Of a stretch of 64,000 bases of DNA, positions 57,193 through 64,000 are shown one piece after another. The translations under genes were made by a program, and so were the position numbers. This DNA is from OCS116 cluster bacterium AG-390-A19. Its GTDB lineage: Bacteria > Pseudomonadota > Alphaproteobacteria > MED-G09. Where the stretch lies: positions 645 through 64,644 of the forward strand of contig QCGV01000005.1 in assembly GCA_003278145.1 (NCBI GenBank), written 5' to 3'. Within the stretch, counting starts at the first letter, position 1. Every line of letters begins with the position of its first letter. Under the pieces are notes generated by a model. It was not told where the DNA came from. It searched no databases and saw only the letters and a list, made by a program, of their open reading frames with translations.

Positions 57193-59661
57193 ATGCATGT
57201 TGTTGTTGTTGAATCGCCAGCTAAAGCAAAGACGATTGAAGGTTACCTTGGCTCAAGTTATAAGGTTATAGCATCATTTGGCCATATAAGAGATCTTCCT
57301 TCTTCTGAAGGTTCTGTAAAACCAGATAATGACTTTGAAATGTCATGGGAAATGGATTCCAAGGGAAAAAAACAAACAAAAATTATTCAAGATGCACTAA
57401 AGAGTGCTAACTCCTTAATTCTTGCCACTGACCCTGATCGTGAAGGAGAGGCAATTGCATGGCATGTTTTACAAGCACTTAATGAAAAAGGTGGGCTGAA
57501 GGATAAAGATGTTTCTCGAGTAACTTTTAATGCAATAACAAAAAAAACTGTAATTGAAGCCATAGAAAACCCTAGAGAGCTAGATAAAGAATTAATAAAT
57601 GCATATCTAGCAAGAAGAGCTTTAGATTACTTAGTTGGCTTCACCCTATCACCTGTTTTATGGAGAAAATTACCAGGAGCAAGATCTGCGGGTAGAGTTC
57701 AATCAGTTGCGTTAAGGTTACTATGTGAAAGAGAAATAGAAATAGAATCATTTATTCCAAAGGAGTATTGGTCGATTAATTCTTTTTTAACCTTTGAGGA
57801 CAATCCAACCTTTAAAGCTTCTTTAACACATTACAATAATAAAAAAATTGAACAATTTGACATTAAAAATTCTGATGAGGCAGAAAAAATTAAAGAAGTA
57901 TTAAACACATCAAATTTTGTAGTTGAAGAAATTGATGAAAAAGAAGTTTCTAGAAAGCCATCACCTCCATTTATAACTTCATCAATGCAAATGGAGGCAT
58001 CAAGAAAATTAGGAATGTCTGCAAAAAATACAATGCAAGTTGCTCAAAGATTATACCAAAATGGTTTAATTACTTATATGAGAACTGATGGTGTTCAAAT
58101 CGGTGAGGAAGGAATTACAGAAATAAGATCATCAATAAATACTATTTATGGTGATAAATACCTGCCTTCAAAATCTAATGAATACAAAAGTAAAATTACT
58201 AATGCTCAAGAGGCTCATGAAGCAATTCGACCAACTGATGCAAGTATTTCTCCGGAGAGAATTGGTTCAGAGTTCTCTAAAGAAGAAATAGATCTTTATG
58301 GATTAATTTGGAAAAGAACTATTGCAAGTCAAATGGAAAATTGGAGAGGTTTAAGAACCACAATTAATATTGTGAATAATGATAGAGATATTCAATTAAG
58401 AGTATCTGGAACAGTAACGACTTTTGATGGATACAGAACTTTGTATGAAGAAGGTAGAAAAGACGATAAACCCCAAGAAAGTCAGGAATTACCAAAACTA
58501 GAAAAAGGTCAACACCTTAAAATAATTAACACTGAAACTAATCAACATTTCACAAAAGCACCTCCAAGGTACTCTGAGGCTACATTAGTAAAATCATTGG
58601 AAGAAAAAGGTATAGGTAGACCTTCGACCTACGCCTCTATCATATCCGTTCTTCAAGATCGCCAATACGTAATAATTGAAAATAGATATTTTAAACCTGA
58701 AGCGAAAGGAAGATTATTGTCTTCTTTTCTTGAAAATTTCTTCACACAATATGTTAGTTATAACTTTACAGCTGATTTAGAAAAGAACCTTGATAAGGTA
58801 TCAAATGGTGAAATTAATTGGAAAGATTTTTTGAATAATTTCTGGGATGAATTCAGTGTTTGTGCTGATTCTGCCTTAGAATTAAGAACAAGAGAAATTT
58901 TAGATAAACTTAACGAAAGTATTGGTAACCATGTTTTTAAAGATGAAAATGGTGAGGTTAATAGACAATGCCCAAAGTGTAGTGAAGGTGAATTAAGTTT
59001 AAAAACAAGTAGAAATGGTGCCTTTGTTGGATGCTCTCAATATCCAGACTGCAAATATACAAGATCCTTTGGTTCATCTGAAAGAAATGTTGAGGAAAAA
59101 ATTCTAGGTAAAGATCCTGCTAGTGGTGAGGATATTCATCTTTTAATAGGAAGATATGGACCTTATGTTCAAATCGGTCTTAATGAAGACAAAGATAAAA
59201 AACCAAAAAGATCCTCTATTCCTAAAACAATTGATCCTTCAGATTTGAACTTGGAAAAAGCAATAGACTTACTTTCTTTACCAAAAGTTATTGGGTTTCA
59301 TCCTGAAGATAACAAGGAAATAACCGGGGCAATTGGTCCCTACGGTCCTTATTTACTACATGAGGGGGTTTATGCAAATCTTCAAAATGTTGATGAATTA
59401 TTTACCATAGGTCTTAATAGAGCAGTTGACTTAATTGAAGAAAAAAGAGCAAATCCTGGTCGTGGAAGAGGAAGCAAAGTGATCAAGGAGTTAGGAAATC
59501 ATCCTAAGGATAAAAAGCCCATAAAACTTATGGATGGAAAATATGGTCCATATGTAAAGCATGGAAAACTAAATGTAAGCATTCCTAAAGAGAAAAATAT
59601 TGACGATATTGATATGGATATTGCAATTGACCTTCTGAATAAACCAAAAAAGAAAAAATAA
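57193..59661 (+). CDS. topA: DNA topoisomerase I
   Basis: 822 aa with a Toprim domain ('VVVESPAKAKTI', 'DPDREGE'), the catalytic Tyr in 'ITYMRTDG', one C4 zinc ribbon ('CPKCSEGE...CSQYPDC') and repeated 'G.YGPYV' C-terminal modules. Confidence 0.96.
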   Translation: MHVVVVESPAKAKTIEGYLGSSYKVIASFGHIRDLPSSEGSVKPDNDFEMSWEMDSKGKKQTKIIQDALKSANSLILATDPDREGEAIAWHVLQALNEKGGLKDKDVSRVTFNAITKKTVIEAIENPRELDKELINAYLARRALDYLVGFTLSPVLWRKLPGARSAGRVQSVALRLLCEREIEIESFIPKEYWSINSFLTFEDNPTFKASLTHYNNKKIEQFDIKNSDEAEKIKEVLNTSNFVVEEIDEKEVSRKPSPPFITSSMQMEASRKLGMSAKNTMQVAQRLYQNGLITYMRTDGVQIGEEGITEIRSSINTIYGDKYLPSKSNEYKSKITNAQEAHEAIRPTDASISPERIGSEFSKEEIDLYGLIWKRTIASQMENWRGLRTTINIVNNDRDIQLRVSGTVTTFDGYRTLYEEGRKDDKPQESQELPKLEKGQHLKIINTETNQHFTKAPPRYSEATLVKSLEEKGIGRPSTYASIISVLQDRQYVIIENRYFKPEAKGRLLSSFLENFFTQYVSYNFTADLEKNLDKVSNGEINWKDFLNNFWDEFSVCADSALELRTREILDKLNESIGNHVFKDENGEVNRQCPKCSEGELSLKTSRNGAFVGCSQYPDCKYTRSFGSSERNVEEKILGKDPASGEDIHLLIGRYGPYVQIGLNEDKDKKPKRSSIPKTIDPSDLNLEKAIDLLSLPKVIGFHPEDNKEITGAIGPYGPYLLHEGVYANLQNVDELFTIGLNRAVDLIEEKRANPGRGRGSKVIKELGNHPKDKKPIKLMDGKYGPYVKHGKLNVSIPKEKNIDDIDMDIAIDLLNKPKKKK

Positions 59662-59667
59662 ACTTAA

Positions 59668-60282
59668 ATGGCTAAAGTTTTAAAACCTAAACCTGCTGCA
59701 ACCCTAATTATTACAAAAAATAAAACTAATGGTTTATTTGTACTAATGGGGAAAAGACCTGACGATGCAAGATTTGCTCCAGGAATGTGGGTATTCCCAG
59801 GCGGTAAACTCGATAAGAATGATATTACTCAAGAAAAAAAATATAAATTGAATAAAAATATACTGAGTTATTTAAAACTTTTAAAAGCTAAGCCCCCTAT
59901 TGGTGAAGCTCTTATTCATACAGCAATAAGAGAGACACAAGAAGAAACTAATCTAAGATTAATAAGTAATGATTTAAAAAAGATATGGGTACTTGCTCGA
60001 GCAATTACCCCTGTTAATCGACATATGAGGTTTGATACTAAATTTTTCGTTGCACCCTCCTCTTGCTTTTCAGGAAAAGTTAGGGGAAATGGAGAGTTAG
60101 ATAAACTTGAGTATGTTAATGTTAATGATGCATTGAAGCTGCCAATGTTTGATATTACAGAATTCATTTTACAAGAAATAAAAATAAGAATTGAGAAAGG
60201 TAATGAAATAAAAAGTAACCCTGTTTTTTGGAGGTATCGAAAACACCAAAGATTAATAACTGAAATTAAAATACTTGACTAA
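59668..60282 (+). CDS. NUDIX hydrolase
   Basis: 204 aa with the Nudix box in 'GGKLDKND...GEALIHTAIRETQEETNL'. Confidence 0.82.
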   Translation: MAKVLKPKPAATLIITKNKTNGLFVLMGKRPDDARFAPGMWVFPGGKLDKNDITQEKKYKLNKNILSYLKLLKAKPPIGEALIHTAIRETQEETNLRLISNDLKKIWVLARAITPVNRHMRFDTKFFVAPSSCFSGKVRGNGELDKLEYVNVNDALKLPMFDITEFILQEIKIRIEKGNEIKSNPVFWRYRKHQRLITEIKILD

Positions 60283-60323
60283 TTGTCAATTTTACTTAAT
60301 TTCCCTCAACAAAGGTAATAATT

Positions 60324-60491
60324 ATGGCAAAAGCTTCAACTATAAAAATTAAACTTAATAGTACAGCGGGAACTGGTTACTATTATGTTGCAAAAAAAAA
60401 TTCTCGTACAATGACAGAAAAAATGGTTGTAAAAAAATATGATCCTGTCATTAGAAAGCACGTCGAATTTAAGGAAGGAAAAATTAAATAA
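60324..60491 (+). CDS. rpmG: 50S ribosomal protein L33 (55 aa; not in the supplied ORF track)
   Basis: Hand translation gives [55 protein letters not shown]. This is the classic L33 pattern (zinc-less form). AAAGGT lies upstream. Confidence 0.92.
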   Translation: MAKASTIKIKLNSTAGTGYYYVAKKNSRTMTEKMVVKKYDPVIRKHVEFKEGKIK

Positions 60492-60518
60492 TTTTCTAGT
60501 TTTTCTGTCTCTTAATTT

Positions 60519-61196
60519 ATGAATAATATTATACCCATTGAAACATCTAATCAGATTGATTCCTTAAATTTAAACATTAACCAACCCTTAATTATCAGTG
60601 ATGCTGATGAAGTTATCTTTTTATTTTTAAAGGGCTTTGAAAAATTTCTAAAATCAAAAAAATTGTACCTTGATTTAGCAAAGGCAAGATTAACAGGTAA
60701 TATTAAAAAAATTTCAGATAATGAACCTGTGCCTGATGATACGATGACAAAACTTCTTCCAGAGTTCTTTCTGAAGGAGACAAAAAAATTGGAGCCAGTA
60801 ATAAATGCTCAAAATTGTTTAAAGAATTTATCCAAGAAATCTCAAATTATAGTTCTAACAAATATTCCCTATAAAGATAGAAAAAGTAGAGTTGAAGCTC
60901 TAAAGAGAAATAATATGAATTATCCAGTCATTACAAACTCTGGATTAAAGGGACCTGTTGTTTCAAAAATTTGTGAAAAAATGAGAGCTCCGGTTTTTTT
61001 TATTGATGATTTAGGTCAAAATTTAGAGTCAGTAAAAAAAGAATACAAAAAAGCAATATGCATTCATTTCTTGCAAGATGAACGACTTGAAAAATTAATG
61101 ATGACACCATCTAATATTAAACATAGATTAACTAATTGGTTGGAAGTTGAGAATTTAATTAATCAAGAAATTTTATTCTATGAAAATAAAAAATAA
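60519..61196 (+). CDS. HAD-superfamily-like hydrolase (function unknown)
   Basis: 225 aa with candidate HAD motifs 'IISDADEV' (DxD), 'VLTN' and 'FIDDLGQN'. The assignment is tentative. Confidence 0.55.
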   Translation: MNNIIPIETSNQIDSLNLNINQPLIISDADEVIFLFLKGFEKFLKSKKLYLDLAKARLTGNIKKISDNEPVPDDTMTKLLPEFFLKETKKLEPVINAQNCLKNLSKKSQIIVLTNIPYKDRKSRVEALKRNNMNYPVITNSGLKGPVVSKICEKMRAPVFFIDDLGQNLESVKKEYKKAICIHFLQDERLEKLMMTPSNIKHRLTNWLEVENLINQEILFYENKK

Positions 61197-62457
61197 AAAG
61201 TCTAAAATAATCACTGTGTGTAGAGAATGTTTTAAAACTTTTAATGAAAAAAAAGAATTTTGTAATAAATGTTATTCAGCTAATCTTGTAAGTAACAATG
61301 AAATTGAAAACCTAAATATCGCACATGTTGATTGTGATGCTTTTTATGCTGCAATAGAAAAAAGAGATAATCCAAAATATAAAAATTTTCCTATAATTAT
61401 TGGTGGCGGAAAAAGAGGTGTTGTCGCTACAGCTTGTTATATCGCAAGAACTAGAGGTGTAAAATCTGCTATGCCTATGTATAAAGCACTAAAGTTATGT
61501 CCTGATGCAATTATTATTAAACCAAATATGCAAAAATATAAAAAAGCATCCAAAGTAATAAACAATCTTATGAAAGAAATAACTCCTTTAGTAGAGCCAT
61601 TATCTCTCGATGAGGCATTTTTAGATTTATCTGGAACATCCAGACTTCATAAAAAAATTCCTGCAGTATTATTGGCCGAATTATCAAAAAAAATTCAAAA
61701 AAAAGTTGGGATTTCTGTCTCTATAGGTCTCTCATATAATAAATTTTTATCAAAAATATGTTCTGATATCGATAAACCAAGAGGTTTTTCAATAATTAAT
61801 AGATTAGAAGCACAAAGTTTTTTAAAAGATAAGCCAGTAGAAGTTATATGGGGTGTTGGTAATACACTTAAAAACAGGCTTAATAATGATGGAATAAGAA
61901 CTATTGGACAAATCAGAGAAATGGACTGTAGCGAATTAATTGTTAAATATGGATCAATTGGTTCTCATATCCATAAGTTATCCAACGCTGAAGATACCAG
62001 AGAAATAAAACCTTTTAGAAAAGTAAAAAGTATTAGTCATGAAACTACTTTTGAGAAAGATACCAATGATGAAGTTTTTTTAAAAAAAATACTTTGGAGT
62101 TTATGCGAGAAAGTATCTGATAGAGCTAAAGAAAAAGGTTTAGGTGGAAGTACAATTAATTTGAAAATTAAAACTAAAGATTTTAAATTAATCTCCAGAT
62201 CAGTAACGATTGAGGAACCAACTCAAATTGCAGAAATTATTTTTCAAACCTCTAAATTATTATTATTTCGTGAAATAAAGAAAAATAAATTTCGTTTGTT
62301 GGGTGTAGGGCTAAGTAATCTTAAAGATTCTGAAATATGTGATTTATATGATTTAATTAATACAAATAGCAATAAAGAGAAAAATATAGAATTTGCTATA
62401 GATGCTATTAGAGATAGATACGGAGTCAATTTAATTAAAAAAGGTAGATCAATTTAA
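61180..62457 (+). CDS. dinB: DNA polymerase IV with an N-terminal C4 zinc-ribbon extension
   Basis: 425 aa, Y-family core 'HVDCDAFYAAIEKRDNP', 'SLDEAFLD'. The ~45-aa N-terminal extension reads 'CRECFKTFNEKKEFCNKCYS'. Confidence 0.93.
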   Translation: MKIKNKKSKIITVCRECFKTFNEKKEFCNKCYSANLVSNNEIENLNIAHVDCDAFYAAIEKRDNPKYKNFPIIIGGGKRGVVATACYIARTRGVKSAMPMYKALKLCPDAIIIKPNMQKYKKASKVINNLMKEITPLVEPLSLDEAFLDLSGTSRLHKKIPAVLLAELSKKIQKKVGISVSIGLSYNKFLSKICSDIDKPRGFSIINRLEAQSFLKDKPVEVIWGVGNTLKNRLNNDGIRTIGQIREMDCSELIVKYGSIGSHIHKLSNAEDTREIKPFRKVKSISHETTFEKDTNDEVFLKKILWSLCEKVSDRAKEKGLGGSTINLKIKTKDFKLISRSVTIEEPTQIAEIIFQTSKLLLFREIKKNKFRLLGVGLSNLKDSEICDLYDLINTNSNKEKNIEFAIDAIRDRYGVNLIKKGRSI

Positions 62458-62468
62458 AAGAGGTAAAT

Positions 62469-62933
62469 ATGTCAGAAAAAATAAATAATAAATTATTAAA
62501 ATTAGGAATTAAGCTACCAAGGCCAGCTGATCCTGTTGCAAGCTATTTACCTTATGTTATTTCAGGTAATCTTTTATTTATTTCTGGACAGGGTCCTTTT
62601 AATGAAAAGGGTTTAATTACTGGCAAAGTTGGGTCAGATTTAACTTTAGATGAAGGAAAAGATGCAGCCAAAGAGTGTGGTAAGATGATACTTGCCCAAG
62701 CACAAAAGGCTTGTGGTAATTTAAATAAAATTCAAAGATGTATAAAACTCGGTGGTTTTGTTAATTGTGAACCTAATTTTACTGATCAAGCTCTAGTAAT
62801 TGAAGGTGCTTCAGAGTTAATGATTGATATATTTGAGGATAATGGATGGCATTCTAGATATGCTGTAGGATCAAATTCTCTTCCTTTGGGTATGGCTGTT
62901 GAAATTGATGCTATATTTGAAATTGAAACGTAA
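62469..62933 (+). CDS. RidA/YjgF-family protein
   Basis: 154 aa, 'GNLLFISGQGP' and C-terminal 'LPLGMAVEIDAIFEI', typical of the family. Confidence 0.85.
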   Translation: MSEKINNKLLKLGIKLPRPADPVASYLPYVISGNLLFISGQGPFNEKGLITGKVGSDLTLDEGKDAAKECGKMILAQAQKACGNLNKIQRCIKLGGFVNCEPNFTDQALVIEGASELMIDIFEDNGWHSRYAVGSNSLPLGMAVEIDAIFEIET

Positions 62934-62937
62934 TTAA

Positions 62938-64000
62938 ATGAAGAAATTTTCTCTTAGGGTTGAAACATCATTAAGTAATATTGATGAAAATAGATGGAAT
63001 ATTTGTGCCTCCAAGGATAAAAATTTTAATCCTTTTAACAGTTATCAATTTTTAAAAGCGCTTGAGTTAAGTCAATCTGTAAATAATAGTTCTGGTTGGA
63101 ATTCTGCACATCTAATTATAGAGAACAATGATAAAAAGATTGTCGCAATTGTTCCATCATATTTAAAAACTAATTCTTCTGGTGAATATGTTTTTGATTA
63201 TGAGTGGGCAAATGCATATCATCGTGCTGGAGGACAATATTATCCAAAACTTCAAATCTCAATTCCATATACTCCAGTAACTGGTAGTAGAATTTTAATA
63301 GATGAAGCTTGTGATTATAACGAAATAATTGATTATATTTCATCGGAAATTATTTTATTTTGTTCTAGAGTCGAAGTTTCATCAGCGCATATCACTTTTC
63401 TCACAAAAAAAGAGTCTGAAAAATTAGAAAAACTTGGATGGCTTATAAGGAAAGACCAGCAATTCCATTGGAAAAATGAAAATTACGACTCTTTTTCTGA
63501 TTTTTTAAACACCCTTTCATCAAGAAAAAGAAAAAATATAAAAAAAGAAAGAGCAAAATTTATTAATAGTGAAATTGAAATTGAGCACTTAAAAGGGGAT
63601 AAAATAAATGATGAACATTGGGAATATTTTTATCAATTTTATATCGATACAACTTCAAGAAAGTGGGGGAAAGATTATTTAAAAAAAGAATTTTTCAATA
63701 TTATTGGTGATACAATGAAAAATGATATTTTGTTAATAATGGCAAAAAAGGATGATGAATATATAGCTGGTGCACTCAATTTTTTAGGAAAAAACTCTAT
63801 ATATGGAAGAAATTGGGGTTCATTAGTTGATTATAAATTTCTTCATTTTGAATTGTGTTACTATCAAGCAATAGAGTATGCAATTAAAAACAAAATAAAA
63901 ACTGTAGAGGCTGGTGCTCAAGGAACTCATAAAATATCAAGAGGTTACTCACCAGTTATTACATATTCTGCCCACTGGATGAAGGAAAGTAATTTTCATG
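62938..64000 (+). CDS. DUF482/FemAB-like GNAT-fold acyltransferase (3'-truncated by the window end)
   Basis: Hand-read open frame from ATG 62938 to the window end (MKKFSLRVETSLSNIDENRWN...). It carries 'NPFNSYQFLKALE', 'YVFDYEWANAYHRAGGQYYPKLQ', 'HFELCYYQAIEYAI' and 'VEAGAQGTHKISRGY'. The ORF track omits it because the window ends before a stop codon. Confidence 0.8.
   Translation, partial: MKKFSLRVETSLSNIDENRWNICASKDKNFNPFNSYQFLKALELSQSVNNSSGWNSAHLIIENNDKKIVAIVPSYLKTNSSGEYVFDYEWANAYHRAGGQYYPKLQISIPYTPVTGSRILIDEACDYNEIIDYISSEIILFCSRVEVSSAHITFLTKKESEKLEKLGWLIRKDQQFHWKNENYDSFSDFLNTLSSRKRKNIKKERAKFINSEIEIEHLKGDKINDEHWEYFYQFYIDTTSRKWGKDYLKKEFFNIIGDTMKNDILLIMAKKDDEYIAGALNFLGKNSIYGRNWGSLVDYKFLHFELCYYQAIEYAIKNKIKTVEAGAQGTHKISRGYSPVITYSAHWMKESNFH

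Noticed and set aside
1-64000. CRISPR arrays, IS elements or transposases, rRNA, tmRNA, RNase P or SRP RNA, and toxin-antitoxin or restriction-modification modules.
   Set aside because: None were found. Every spacer is at most 165 nt and AT-rich. The only GC-rich non-coding island is the tRNA-Ser, and no ORF has nuclease, methylase or transposase motifs.

Overview
This window looks like ordinary core chromosome from a very AT-rich, extremely streamlined alphaproteobacterium. The G+C content is roughly 30% by eye and was not computed. The taxonomic call is an inference from alphaproteobacterial-type synteny (argS-SPOR-scpAB-tatABC-serS; recO-era-rnc-lepB-acpS-pdxJ; rpoZ-spoT-pyrE; glyA-nrdR-rib operon). 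It is consistent with a SAR11/Pelagibacterales-like genome but cannot be confirmed without a database search. I call 68 protein-coding genes plus two partial genes at the window edges, and one tRNA-Ser(GCU). Two real small genes, ccmD and rpmG, are missing from the supplied ORF track. Summing the gaps between my calls gives about 1.65 kb of non-coding DNA in 64 kb. The largest spacer is 165 nt, and most gene junctions are under 20 nt or overlap. I saw no rRNA, CRISPR array, transposase, integrase, prophage or recognisable defence, toxin or secretion island. I therefore do not think the window holds a discrete novel system. The points worth a second look are modest: (1) a CcmF-CcmH fusion inside a compact, reordered ccm operon without ccmG; (2) a RibBX-type RibBA whose GTP cyclohydrolase II domain has lost its zinc cysteines; (3) a membrane-anchored SPOR protein with a LysM domain apparently nested inside it; (4) a 10-bp perfect hairpin that contains the dgt Shine-Dalgarno; (5) a cobalamin-dependent methylmalonyl-CoA mutase with a short beta subunit and a CG-containing 9-mer direct repeat upstream; (6) an orphan Rieske oxygenase and an amidohydrolase beside the tRNA-Ser; (7) convergent genes that share TTAA/TTAG stop tetranucleotides, leaving no room for terminators. 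All functional calls rest on motifs I can read in the translations and on family knowledge. No searches were run.
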